The notes beneath the pieces are model-generated. The model had not been told where the DNA came from. It made no database searches and saw only the letters and a list, made by a program, of their open reading frames with translations. Positions 12,101 to 27,100 of a DNA stretch of 64,000 bases are shown piece after piece. The stretch covers positions 18,974,001 through 19,038,000 of the forward strand of contig CM119371.1 of the NCBI GenBank assembly GCA_051294905.1, in the 5' to 3' direction. Every line of letters begins with the position of its first letter. Within the stretch, counting starts at the first letter, position 1. This DNA comes from Botryllus schlosseri (lineage: Eukaryota). A program made the translations under genes and the position numbers.

Positions 12101-15100
12101 TTCTCGTCATGTCAAAACGGCACGAGATTGCGATAAACGGCCCTGCACAACTACAAATTGAGCGCGAGTTCATAGCTGAAAGAAGCGGCGGCCGGCAAAT
12201 GATGACATTCATAGTTGTACGTGCAATCAAATTGATCGAGTTTGTGTGAAAAATTGCAAAAGGCGGCCTACTACACCCGGTATTCCCAGCCGGTCACCCA
12301 TGCAAGTACTAACCGGGCCCAACGTTGCTTGACTTCCGAGATCAGACGAGATCGGGTGTATTCAACGTGGTATGGTCGTAGGCGACAGTGGATACAATCT
12401 GTGCCGTTTTATGTGACATTCTATCGGGCGAAAAGTCGCCACGCTGTCAACGAGACGCCTGAAAAGCAGATTGTCTGATTGCTGTGAAGCACTTTCGGAC
12501 GAACTGGTCGAAAAACACACATATAAATTAAGCTCTCCGTGTCAGAGTTTATTTTATTGCAATTCTCGTCATGTCAAAACGGCACGAGATTGCGATAAAC
12601 GGCCCTGCACAACTACAAATTGAGCGCGAGTTCATAGCTGAAAGAAGCGGCGGCCGGCAAATGATGATATTCATAGTTGTACGTGCAATCAAATTGATCG
12701 AGTTTGTGTGAAAAATTGCAAAAGGCGGCCTACTACACCCGGTATTCCCAGCCGGTCACCCATGCAAGTACTAACCGGGCCCAACGTTGCTTGACTTCCG
12801 AGATCAGACGAGATCGGGTGTATTCAACGTGGTATGGTCGTAGGCGACAGTGGATACAATCTGTGCCGTTTTATGTGACATTCTATCGGGCGAAAAGTCG
12901 CCACGCTGTCAATGAGACGCCTGAAAAGCAGATTGTCTGATTGCTCGGAGGCACTTTCGGACGAACTGGTCGAAAAACACACATATAAATTAAGCTCTCC
13001 GTGTAAGAGTTTATTTTATTGCAATTCTCGTCATGTCAAAACGGCACGAGATTGCGATAAACGGCCCTGCACAACTACAAATTGAGCGCGAGTTCATAGC
13101 TGAAAGAAGCGGCGGCCGGCAAATGATGACATTCATAGTTGTACGTGCAATCAAATTGATCGAGTTTGTGTGAAAAAATGCAAAAGGCGGCCTACTACAC
13201 CCGGTATTCCCAGCCGGTCACCCATGCAAGTACTAACCGGGCCCAACGTTGCTTGACTTCCGAGATCAGACGAGATCGGGTGTATTCAACGTGGTATGGT
13301 CGTAGGCGACAGTGGATACAATCTGTGCCGTTTTATGTGACATTCTATCGGGCGAAAAGTCGCCACGCTGTCAACGAGACGACTGAAAAGCAGATTGTCT
13401 GATTGCTCGGAGGCACTTTCGGACGAACTGGTCGAAAAACACACATATAAATTAAGCTCTCCGTGTAAGAGTTTATTTTATTGCAATTCTCGTCATGTCA
13501 AAACGGCACGAGATTGCGATAAACGGCCCTGCACAACTACAAATTGAGCGCGAGTTCATAGCTGAAAGAAGCGGCGGCCGGCAAATGATGACATTCATAG
13601 TTGTACGTGCAATCAAATTGATCGAGTTTGTGTGAAAAATGGCAAAAGGCGGCCTACTACACCCGGTATTCCCAGCCGGTCACCCATGCAAGTACTAACC
13701 GGGCCCAACGTTGCTTGACTTCCGAGATCAGGCGAGATCGGGTGTATTCAACGTGGTATGGTCGTAGGCGACAGTGGATACAATCTGTGCTGTTTTATGT
13801 GACATTCTATCGGGCGAAAAGTCGCCACGCTGTCAACGAGACGCCTGAAAAGCAGATTGTCTGATTGCTGTGAAGCACTTTCGGACGAACTGGTCGAAAA
13901 ACACACATATAAATTAAGCTCTCCGTGTCAGAGTTTATTTTATTGCAATTCTCGTCATGTCAAAACGGCACGAGATTGCGATAAACGGCCCTGCACAACT
14001 ACAAATTGAGCGCGAGTTCATAGCTGAAAGAAGCGGCGGCCGGCAAATGATGACATTCATAGTTGTACGTGCAATCAAATTGATCGAGTTTGTGTGAAAA
14101 ATTGCAAAAGGCGGCCTACTACACCCGGTATTCCCAGCCGGTCACCCATGCAAGTACTAACCGGGCCCAACGTTGCTTGACTTCCGAGATCAGACGAGAT
14201 CGGGTGTATTCAACGTGGTATGGTCGTAGGCGACAGTGGATACAATCTGTGCCGTTTTATGTGACATTCTATCGGGCGAAAAGTCGCCACGCTGTCAACG
14301 AGACGCCTGAAAAGCAGATTGTCTGATTGCTGTGAAGCACTTTCGGACGAACTGGTCGAAAAACACACATATAAATTAAGCTCTACGTGTCAGAGTTTAT
14401 TTTATTGCAATTCTCGTCATGTCAAAACGGCACGAGATTGCGATAAACGGCCCTGCACAACTACAAATTGAGCGCGAGTTCATAGCTGAAAGAAGCGGCG
14501 GCCGGCAAATGATGACATTCATAGTTGTACGTGCAATCAAATTGATCGAGTTTGTGTGAAAAATTGCAAAAGGCGGCCTACTTCACCCGGTATTCCCAGC
14601 CGGTCACCCATGCAAGTACTAACCGGGCCCAACGTTGCTTGACTTCCGAGATCAGACGAGATCGGGTGTATTCAACGTGGTATGGTCGTAGGCGACAGTG
14701 GATACAATCTGTGCCGTTTTATGTGACATTCTATCGGGCGAAAAGTCGCCACGCTGTCAACGAGACGCCTGAAAAGCAGATTGTCTGATTGCTGTGAAGC
14801 ACTTTCGGACGAACTGGTCGAAAACACACATATAAATTAAGCTCTCCGTGTCAGAGTTTATTTTATTGCAATTCTCGTCATGTCAAAACGGCACGAGATT
14901 GCGATAAACGGCCCTGCACAACTACAAATTGAGCGCGAGTTCATAGCTGAAAGAAGCGGCGGCCGGCAAATGATGATATTCATAGTTGTACGTGCAATCA
15001 AATTGATCGAGTTTGTGTGAAAAATTGCAAAAGGCGGCCTACTACACCCGGTATTCCCAGCCGGTCACCCATGCAAGTACTAACCGGGCCCAACGTTGCT

Positions 15101-18100
15101 TGACTTCCGAGATCAGACGAGATCGGGTGTATTCAACGTGGTATGGTCGTAGGCGACAGTGGATACAATCTGTGCCGTTTTATGTGACATTCTATCGGGC
15201 GAAAAGTCGCCACGCTGTCAACGAGACGCCTGAAAAGCAGATTGTCTGATTGCTCGGAGGCACTTTCGGACGAACTGGTCGAAAAACACACATATAAATT
15301 AAGCTCTCCGTGTAAGAGTTTATTTTATTGCAATTCTCGTCATGTCAAAACGGCACGAGATTGCGATAAACGGCCCTGCACAACTACAAATTGAGCGCGA
15401 GTTCATAGCTGAAAGAAGCGGCGGCCGGCAAATGATGACATTCATAGTTGTACGTGCAATCAAATTGATCGAGTTTGTGTGAAAAATTGCAAAAGGCGGC
15501 CTACTACACCCGGTATTCCCAGCCGGTCACCCATGCAAGTACTAACCGGGCCCAACGTTGCTTGACTTCCGAGATCAGACGAGATCGGGTGTATTCAACG
15601 TGGTGTGGTCGTAGGCGACAGTGGATACAATCTGTGCCGTTTTATGTGACATTCTATCGGGCGAAAAGTCGCCACGCTGTCAACGAGACGCCTGAAAAGC
15701 AGATTGTCTGATTGCTCGGAGGCACTTTCGGACGAACTGGTCGAAAAACACACATATAAATTAAGCTCTCCGTGTAAGAGTTTATTTTATTGCAATTCTC
15801 GTCATGTCAAAACGGCACGAGATTGCGATAAACGGCCCTGCACAACTACAAATTGAGCGCGAGTTCATAGCTGAAAGAAGCGGCGGCCGGCAAATGATGA
15901 CATTCATAGTTGTACGTGCAATCAAATTGATCGAGTTTGTGTGAAAAACTGCAAAAGGCGGCCTACTACACCCGGTATTCCCAGCCGGTCACCCATGCAA
16001 GTACTAACCGGGCCCAACGTTGCTTGACTTCCGAGATCAGACGAGATCGGGTGTATTCAACGTGGTATGGTCGTAGGCGACAGTGGATACAATCTGTGCC
16101 GTTTTATGTGACATTCTATCGGGCGAAAAGTCGCCACGCTGTCAACGAGACGCCTGAAAAGCAGATTGTCTGATTGCTGTGAAGCACTTTCGGACGAACT
16201 GGTCGAAAAACACACATATAAATTAAGCTCTCCGTGTCAGAGTTTATTTTATTGCAATTCTCGTCATGTCAAAACGGCACGAGAATGCGATAAACGGCCC
16301 TGCACAACTACAAATTGAGCGCGAGTTCATAGCTGAAAGAAGCGGCGGCCGGCAAATGATGACATTCATAGTTGTACGTGCAATCAAATTGATCGAGTTT
16401 GTGTGAAAAAATGCAAAAGGCGGCCTACTACACCCGGTATTCCCAGCCGGTCACCCATGCAAGTACTAACCGGGCCCAACGTTGCTTGACTTCCGAGATC
16501 AGACGAGATCGGGTGTATTCAACGTGGTATGGTCGTAGGCGACAGTGGATACAATCTGTGCCGTTTTATGTGACATTCTATCGGGCGAAAAGTCGCCACG
16601 CTGTCAACGAGACGCCTGAAAAGCAGATTGTCTGATTGCTCGGAGGCACTTTCGGACGAACTGGTCGAAAAACACACATATAAATTAAGCTCTCCGTGTA
16701 AGAGTTTATTTTATTGCAATTCTCGTCATGTCAAAACGGCACGAGATTGCGATAAACGGCCCTGCACAACTACAAATTGAGCGCGAGTTCATAGCTGAAA
16801 GAAGCGGCGGCCGGCAAATGATGACATTCATAGTTGTACGTGCAATCAAATTGATCGAGTTTGTGTGAAAAATTGCAAAAGGCGGCCTACTACACCCGGT
16901 ATTCCCAGCCGGTCACCCATGCAAGTACTAACCGGGCCCAACGTTGCTTGACTTCCGAGATCAGACGAGATCGGGTGTATTCAACGTGGTATGGTCGTAG
17001 GCGACAGTGGATACAATCTGTGCCGTTTTATGTGACATTCTATCGGGCGAAAAGTCGCCACGCTGTCAACGAGACGCCTGAAAAGCAGATTGTCTGATTG
17101 CTCGGAGGCACTTTCGGACGAACTGGTCGAAAAACACACATATAAATTAAGCTCTCCGTGTCAGAGTTTATTTTATTGCAATTCTCGTCATGTCAAAACG
17201 GCACGAGATTGCGATAAACGGCCCTGCACAACTACAAATTGAGCGCGAGTTCATAGCTGAAAGAAGCGGCGGCCGGCAAATGATGATATTCATAGTTGTA
17301 CGTGCAATCAAATTGATCGAGTTTGTGTGAAAAATTGCAAAAGGCGGCCTACTACACCCGGTATTCCCAGCCGGTCACCCATGCAAGTACTAACCGGGCC
17401 CAACGTTGCTTGACTTCCGAGATCAGACGAGATCGGGTGTATTCAACGTGGTATGGTCGTAGGCGACAGTGGATACAATCTGTGCCGTTTTATGTGACAT
17501 TCTATCGGGCGAAAAGTCGCCACGCTGTCAATGAGACGCCTGAAAAGCAGATTGTCTGATTGCTCGGAGGCACTTTCGGACGAACTGGTCGAAAAACACA
17601 CATATAAATTAAGCTCTCCGTGTAAGAGTTTATTTTATTGCAATTCTCGTCATGTCAAAACGGCACGAGATTGCGATAAACGGCCCTGCACAACTACAAA
17701 TTGAGCGCGAGTTCATAGCTGAAAGAAGCGGCGGCCGGCAAATGATGACATTCATAGTTGTACGTGCAATCAAATTGATCGAGTTTGTGTGAAAAAATGC
17801 AAAAGGCGGCCTACTACACCCGGTATTCCCAGCCGGTCACCCATGCAAGTACTAACCGGGCCCAACGTTGCTTGACTTCCGAGATCAGACGAGATCGGGT
17901 GTATTCAACGTGGTATGGTCGTAGGCGACAGTGGATACAATCTGTGCCGTTTTATGTGACATTCTATCGGGCGAAAAGTCGCCACGCTGTCAACGAGACG
18001 ACTGAAAAGCAGATTGTCTGATTGCTCGGAGGCACTTTCGGACGAACTGGTCGAAAAACACACATATAAATTAAGCTCTCCGTGTAAGAGTTTATTTTAT

Positions 18101-21100
18101 TGCAATTCTCGTCATGTCAAAACGGCACGAGATTGCGATAAACGGCCCTGCACAACTACAAATTGAGCGCGAGTTCATAGCTGAAAGAAGCGGCGGCCGG
18201 CAAATGATGACATTCATAGTTGTACGTGCAATCAAATTGATCGAGTTTGTGTGAAAAATGGCAAAAGGCGGCCTACTACACCCGGTATTCCCAGCCGGTC
18301 ACCCATGCAAGTACTAACCGGGCCCAACGTTGCTTGACTTCCGAGATCAGGCGAGATCGGGTGTATTCAACGTGGTATGGTCGTAGGCGACAGTGGATAC
18401 AATCTGTGCTGTTTTATGTGACATTCTATCGGGCGAAAAGTCGCCACGCTGTCAACGAGACGCCTGAAAAGCAGATTGTCTGATTGCTGTGAAGCACTTT
18501 CGGACGAACTGGTCGAAAAACACACATATAAATTAAGCTCTCCGTGTCAGAGTTTATTTTATTGCAATTCTCGTCATGTCAAAACGGCACGAGATTGCGA
18601 TAAACGGCCCTGCACAACTACAAATTGAGCGCGAGTTCATAGCTGAAAGAAGCGGCGGCCGGCAAATGATGACATTCATAGTTGTACGTGCAATCAAATT
18701 GATCGAGTTTGTGTGAAAAATTGCAAAAGGCGGCCTACTACACCCGGTATTCCCAGCCGGTCACCCATGCAAGTACTAACCGGGCCCAACGTTGCTTGAC
18801 TTCCGAGATCAGACGAGATCGGGTGTATTCAACGTGGTATGGTCGTAGGCGACAGTGGATACAATCTGTGCCGTTTTATGTGACATTCTATCGGGCGAAA
18901 AGTCGCCACGCTGTCAACGAGACGCCTGAAAAGCAGATTGTCTGATTGCTGTGAAGCACTTTCGGACGAACTGGTCGAAAAACACACATATAAATTAAGC
19001 TCTACGTGTCAGAGTTTATTTTATTGCAATTCTCGTCATGTCAAAACGGCACGAGATTGCGATAAACGGCCCTGCACAACTACAAATTGAGCGCGAGTTC
19101 ATAGCTGAAAGAAGCGGCGGCCGGCAAATGATGACATTCATAGTTGTACGTGCAATCAAATTGATCGAGTTTGTGTGAAAAATTGCAAAAGGCGGCCTAC
19201 TTCACCCGGTATTCCCAGCCGGTCACCCATGCAAGTACTAACCGGGCCCAACGTTGCTTGACTTCCGAGATCAGACGAGATCGGGTGTATTCAACGTGGT
19301 ATGGTCGTAGGCGACAGTGGATACAATCTGTGCCGTTTTATGTGACATTCTATCGGGCGAAAAGTCGCCACGCTGTCAACGAGACGCCTGAAAAGCAGAT
19401 TGTCTGATTGCTGTGAAGCACTTTCGGACGAACTGGTCGAAAACACACATATAAATTAAGCTCTCCGTGTCAGAGTTTATTTTATTGCAATTCTCGTCAT
19501 GTCAAAACGGCACGAGATTGCGATAAACGGCCCTGCACAACTACAAATTGAGCGCGAGTTCATAGCTGAAAGAAGCGGCGGCCGGCAAATGATGATATTC
19601 ATAGTTGTACGTGCAATCAAATTGATCGAGTTTGTGTGAAAAATTGCAAAAGGCGGCCTACTACACCCGGTATTCCCAGCCGGTCACCCATGCAAGTACT
19701 AACCGGGCCCAACGTTGCTTGACTTCCGAGATCAGACGAGATCGGGTGTATTCAACGTGGTATGGTCGTAGGCGACAGTGGATACAATCTGTGCCGTTTT
19801 ATGTGACATTCTATCGGGCGAAAAGTCGCCACGCTGTCAACGAGACGCCTGAAAAGCAGATTGTCTGATTGCTCGGAGGCACTTTCGGACGAACTGGTCG
19901 AAAAACACACATATAAATTAAGCTCTCCGTGTAAGAGTTTATTTTATTGCAATTCTCGTCATGTCAAAACGGCACGAGATTGCGATAAACGGCCCTGCAC
20001 AACTACAAATTGAGCGCGAGTTCATAGCTGAAAGAAGCGGCGGCCGGCAAATGATGACATTCATAGTTGTACGTGCAATCAAATTGATCGAGTTTGTGTG
20101 AAAAATTGCAAAAGGCGGCCTACTACACCCGGTATTCCCAGCCGGTCACCCATGCAAGTACTAACCGGGCCCAACGTTGCTTGACTTCCGAGATCAGACG
20201 AGATCGGGTGTATTCAACGTGGTGTGGTCGTAGGCGACAGTGGATACAATCTGTGCCGTTTTATGTGACATTCTATCGGGCGAAAAGTCGCCACGCTGTC
20301 AACGAGACGCCTGAAAAGCAGATTGTCTGATTGCTCGGAGGCACTTTCGGACGAACTGGTCGAAAAACACACATATAAATTAAGCTCTCCGTGTAAGAGT
20401 TTATTTTATTGCAATTCTCGTCATGTCAAAACGGCACGAGATTGCGATAAACGGCCCTGCACAACTACAAATTGAGCGCGAGTTCATAGCTGAAAGAAGC
20501 GGCGGCCGGCAAATGATGACATTCATAGTTGTACGTGCAATCAAATCGATCGAGTTTGTGTGAAAAAATGCAAAAGGCGGCCTACTACACCCGGTATTCC
20601 CAGCCGGTCACCCATGCAAGTACTAACCGGGCCCAACGTTGCTTGACTTCCGAGATCAGACGAGATCGGGTGTATTCAACGTGGTATGGTCGTAGGCGAC
20701 AGTGGATACAATCTGTGCCGTTTTATGTGACATTCTATCGGGCGAAAAGTCGCCACGCTGTCAACGAGACGCCTGAAAAGCAGATTGTCTGATTGCTCGG
20801 AGGCACTTTCGGACGAACTGGTCGAAAAACACACATATAAATTAAGCTCTCCGTGTAAGAGTTTATTTTATTGCAATTCTCGTCATGTCAAAACGGCACG
20901 AGATTGCGATAAACGGCCCTGCACAACTACAAATTGAGCGCGAGTTCATAGCTGAAAGAAGCGGCGGCCGGCAAATGATGACATTCATAGTTGTACGTGC
21001 AATCAAATTGATCGAGTTTGTGTGAAAAACTGCAAAAGGCGGCCTACTACACCCGGTATTCCCAGCCGGTCACCCATGCAAGTACTAACCGGGCCCAACG

Positions 21101-24100
21101 TTGCTTGACTTCCGAGATCAGACGAGATCGGGTGTATTCAACGTGGTATGGTCGTAGGCGACAGTGGATACAATCTGTGCCGTTTTATGTGACATTCTAT
21201 CGGGCGAAAAGTCGCCACGCTGTCAACGAGACGCCTGAAAAGCAGATTGTCTGATTGCTGTGAAGCACTTTCGGACGAACTGGTCGAAAAACACACATAT
21301 AAATTAAGCTCTCCGTGTCAGAGTTTATTTTATTGCAATTCTCGTCATGTCAAAACGGCACGAGAATGCGATAAACGGCCCTGCACAACTACAAATTGAG
21401 CGCGAGTTCATAGCTGAAAGAAGCGGCGGCCGGCAAATGATGACATTCATAGTTGTACGTGCAATCAAATTGATCGAGTTTGTGTGAAAAAATGCAAAAG
21501 GCGGCCTACTACACCCGGTATTCCCAGCCGGTCACCCATGCAAGTACTAACCGGGCCCAACGTTGCTTGACTTCCGAGATCAGACGAGATCGGGTGTATT
21601 CAACGTGGTATGGTCGTAGGCGACAGTGGATACAATCTGTGCCGTTTTATGTGACATTCTATCGGGCGAAAAGTCGCCACGCTGTCAACGAGACGCCTGA
21701 AAAGCAGATTGTCTGATTGCTCGGAGGCACTTTCGGACGAACTGGTCGAAAAACACACATATAAATTAAGCTCTCCGTGTAAGAGTTTATTTTATTGCAA
21801 TTCTCGTCATGTCAAAACGGCACGAGATTGCGATAAACGGCCCTGCACAACTACAAATTGAGCGCGAGTTCATAGCTGAAAGAAGCGGCGGCCGGCAAAT
21901 GATGACATTCATAGTTGTACGTGCAATCAAATTGATCGAGTTTGTGTGAAAAATTGCAAAAGGCGGCCTACTACACCCGGTATTCCCAGCCGGTCACCCA
22001 TGCAAGTACTAACCGGGCCCAACGTTGCTTGACTTCCGAGATCAGACGAGATCGGGTGTATTCAACGTGGTATGGTCGTAGGCGACAGTGGATACAATCT
22101 GTGCCGTTTTATGTGACATTCTATCGGGCGAAAAGTCGCCACGCTGTCAACGAGACGCCTGAAAAGCAGATTGTCTGATTGCTCGGAGGCACTTTCGGAC
22201 GAACTGGTCGAAAAACACACATATAAATTAAGCTCTCCGTGTAAGAGTTTATTTTATTGCAATTCTCGTCATGTCAAAACGGCACGAGATTGCGATAAAC
22301 GGCCCTGCACAACTACAAATTGAGCGCGAGTTCATAGCTGAAAGAAGCGGCGGCCGGCAAATGATGACATTCATAGTTGTACGTGCAATCAAATTGATCG
22401 AGTTTGTGTGAAAAATTGCAAAAGGCGGCCTACTACACCCGGTATTTCCAGCCGGTCACCCATGCAAGTACTAACCGGGCCCAACGTTGCTTGACTTCCG
22501 AGATCAGACGAGATCGGGTGTATTCAACGTGGTATGGTCGTAGGCGACAGTGGATACAATCTGTGCCGTTTTATGTGACATTCTATCGGGCGAAAAGTCG
22601 CCACGCTGTCAACGAGACGCCTGAAAAGCAGATTGTCTGATTGCTGTGAAGCACTTTCGGACGAACTGGTCGAAAAACACACATATAAATTAAGCTCTAC
22701 GTGTCAGAGTTTATTTTATTGCAATTCTCGTCATGTCAAAACGGCACGAGATTGCGATAAACGGCCCTGCACAACTACAAATTGAGCGCGAGTTCATAGC
22801 TGAAAGAAGCGGCGGCCGGCAAATGATGACATTCATAGTTGTACGTGCAATCAAATTGATCGAGTTTGTGTGAAAAATTGCAAAAGGCGGCCTACTTCAC
22901 CCGGTATTCCCAGCCGGTCACCCATGCAAGTACTAACCGGGCCCAACGTTGCTTGACTTCCGAGATCAGACGAGATCGGGTGTATTCAACGTGGTATGGT
23001 CGTAGGCGACAGTGGATACAATCTGTGCCGTTTTATGTGACATTCTATCGGGCGAAAAGTCGCCACGCTGTCAACGAGACGCCTGAAAAGCAGATTGTCT
23101 GATTGCTGTGAAGCACTTTCGGACGAACTGGTCGAAAAACACACATATAAATTAAGCTCTCCGTGTCAGAGTTTATTTTATTGCAATTCTCGTCATGTCA
23201 AAACGGCACGAGATTGCGATAAACGGCCCTGCACAACTACAAATTGAGCGCGAGTTCATAGCTGAAAGAAGCGGCGGCCGGCAAATGATGATATTCATAG
23301 TTGTACGTGCAATCAAATTGATCGAGTTTGTGTGAAAAATTGCAAAAGGCGGCCTACTACACCCGGTATTCCCAGCCGGTCACCCATGCAAGTACTAACC
23401 GGGCCCAACGTTGCTTGACTTCCGAGATCAGACGAGATCGGGTGTATTCAACGTGGTATGGTCGTAGGCGACAGTGGATACAATCTGTGCCGTTTTATGT
23501 GACATTCTATCGGGCGAAAAGTCGCCACGCTGTCAATGAGACGCCTGAAAAGCAGATTGTCTGATTGCTCGGAGGCACTTTCGGACGAACTGGTCGAAAA
23601 ACACACATATAAATTAAGCTCTCCGTGTAAGAGTTTATTTTATTGCAATTCTCGTCATGTCAAAACGGCACGAGATTGCGATAAACGGCCCTGCACAACT
23701 ACAAATTGAGCACGAGTTCATAGCTGAAAGAAGCGGCGGCCGGCAAATGATGACATTCATAGTTGTACGTGCAATCAAATTGATCGAGTTTGTGTGAAAA
23801 AATGCAAAAGGCGGCCTACTACACCCGGTATTCCCAGCCGGTCACCCATGCAAGTACTAACCGGGCCCAACGTTGCTTGACTTCCGAGATCAGACGAGAT
23901 CGGGTGTATTCAACGTGGTATGGTCGTAGGCGACAGTGGATACAATCTGTGCCGTTTTATGTGACATTCTATCGGGCGAAAAGTCGCCACGCTGTCAACG
24001 AGACGCCTGAAAAGCAGATTGTCTGATTGCTCGGAGGCACTTTCGGACGAACTGGTCGAAAAACACACATATAAATTAAGCTCTCCGTGTAAGAGTTTAT

Positions 24101-27100
24101 TTTATTGCAATTCTCGTCATGTCAAAACGGCACGAGATTGCGATAAACGGCCCTGCACAACTACAAATTGAGCGCGAGTTCATAGCTGAAAGAAGCGGCG
24201 GCCGGCAAATGATGACATTCATAGTTGTACGTGCAATCAAATTGATCGAGTTTGTGTGAAAAATGGCAAAAGGCGGCCTACTACACCCGGTATTCCCAGC
24301 CGGTCACCCATGCAAGTACTAACCGGGCCCAACGTTGCTTGACTTCCGAGATCAGGCGAGATCGGGTGTATTCAACGTGGTATGGTCGTAGGCGACAGTG
24401 GATACAATCTGTGCTGTTTTATGTGACATTCTATCGGGCGAAAAGTCGCCACGCTGTCAACGAGACGCCTGAAAAGCAGATTGTCTGATTGCTGTGAAGC
24501 ACTTTCGGACGAACTGGTCGAAAAACACACATATAAATTAAGCTCTCCGTGTCAGAGTTTATTTTATTGCAATTCTCGTCATGTCAAAACGGCACGAGAT
24601 TGCGATAAACGGCCCTGCACAACTACAAATTGAGCGCGAGTTCATAGCTGAAAGAAGCGGCGGCCGGCAAATGATGACATTCATAGTTGTACGTGCAATC
24701 AAATTGATCGAGTTTGTGTGAAAAATTGCAAAAGGCGGCCTACTACACCCGGTATTCCCAGCCGGTCACCCATGCAAGTACTAACCGGGCCCAACGTTGC
24801 TTGACTTCCGAGATCAGACGAGATCGGGTGTATTCAACGTGGTATGGTCGTAGGCGACAGTGGATACAATCTGTGCCGTTTTATGTGACATTCTATCGGG
24901 CGAAAAGTCGCCACGCTGTCAACGAGACGCCTGAAAAGCAGATTGTCTGATTGCTGTGAAGCACTTTCGGACGAACTGGTCGAAAAACACACATATAAAT
25001 TAAGCTCTACGTGTCAGAGTTTATTTTATTGCAATTCTCGTCATGTCAAAACGGCACGAGATTGCGATAAACGGCCCTGCACAACTACAAATTGAGCGCG
25101 AGTTCATAGCTGAAAGAAGCGGCGGCCGGCAAATGATGACATTCATAGTTGTACGTGCAATCAAATTGATCGAGTTTGTGTGAAAAATTGCAAAAGGCGG
25201 CCTACTTCACCCGGTATTCCCAGCCGGTCACCCATGCAAGTACTAACCGGGCCCAACGTTGCTTGACTTCCGAGATCAGACGAGATCGGGTGTATTCAAC
25301 GTGGTATGGTCGTAGGCGACAGTGGATACAATCTGTGCCGTTTTATGTGACATTCTATCGGGCGAAAAGTCGCCACGCTGTCAACGAGACGCCTGAAAAG
25401 CAGATTGTCTGATTGCTGTGAAGCACTTTCGGACGAACTGGTCGAAAAACACACATATAAATTAAGCTCTCCGTGTCAGAGTTTATTTTATTGCAATTCT
25501 CGTCATGTCAAAACGGCACGAGATTGCGATAAACGGCCCTGCACAACTACAAATTGAGCGCGAGTTCATAGCTGAAAGAAGCGGCGGCCGGCAAATGATG
25601 ACATTCATAGTTGTACGTGCAATCAAATTGATCGAGTTTGTGTGAAAAAATGCAAAAGGCGGCCTACTACACCCGGTATTCCCAGCCGGTCACCCATGCA
25701 AGTACTAACCGGGCCCAACGTTGCTTGACTTCCGAGATCAGACGAGATCGGGTGTATTCAACGTGGTATGGTCGTAGGCGACAGTGGATACAATCTGTGC
25801 CGTTTTATGTGACATTCTATCGGGCGAAAAGTCGCCACGCTGTCAACGAGACGCCTGAAAAGCAGATTGTCTGATTGCTCGGAGGCACTTTCGGACGAAC
25901 TGGTCGAAAAACACACATATAAATTAAGCTCTCCGTGTAAGAGTTTATTTTATTGCAATTCTCGTCATGTCAAAACGGCACGAGATTGCGATAAACGGCC
26001 CTGCACAACTACAAATTGAGCGCGAGTTCATAGCTGAAAGAAGCGGCGGCCGGCAAATGATGACATTCATAGTTGTACGTGCAATCAAATTGATCGAGTT
26101 TGTGTGAAAAATGGCAAAAGGCGGCCTACTACACCCGGTATTCCCAGCCGGTCACCCATGCAAGTACTAACCGGGCCCAACGTTGCTTGACTTCCGAGAT
26201 CAGGTGAGATCGGGTGTATTCAACGTGGTATGGTCGTAGGCGACAGTGGATACAATCTGTGCTGTTTTATGTGACATTCTATCGGGCGAAAAGTCGCCAC
26301 GCTGTCAACGAGACGCCTGAAAAGCAGATTGTCTGATTGCTGTGAAGCACTTTCGGACGAACTGGTCGAAAAACACACATATAAATTAAGCTCTCCGTGT
26401 CAGAGTTTATTTTATTGCAATTCTCGTCATGTCAAAACGGCACGAGATTGCGATAAACGGCCCTGCACAACTACAAATTGAGCGCGAGTTCATAGCTGAA
26501 AGAAGCGGCGGCCGGCAAATGATGACATTCATAGTTGTACGTGCAATCAAATTGATCGAGTTTGTGTGAAAAATTGCAAAAGGCGGCCTACTACACCCGG
26601 TATTCCCAGCCGGTCACCCATGCAAGTACTAACCGGGCCCAACGTTGCTTGACTTCCGAGATCAGACGAGATCGGGTGTATTCAACGTGGTATGGTCGTA
26701 GGCGACAGTGGATACAATCTGTGCCGTTTTATGTGACATTCTATCGGGCGAAAAGTCGCCACGCTGTCAACGAGACGCCTGAAAAGCAGATTGTCTGATT
26801 GCTGTGAAGCACTTTCGGACGAACTGGTCGAAAAACACACATATAAATTAAGCTCTACGTGTCAGAGTTTATTTTATTGCAATTCTCGTCATGTCAAAAC
26901 GGCACGAGATTGCGATAAACGGCCCTGCACAACTACAAATTGAGCGCGAGTTCATAGCTGAAAGAAGCGGCGGCCGGCAAATGATGACATTCATAGTTGT
27001 ACGTGCAATCAAATTGATCGAGTTTGTGTGAAAAATTGCAAAAGGCGGCCTACTTCACCCGGTATTCCCAGCCGGTCACCCATGCAAGTACTAACCGGGC

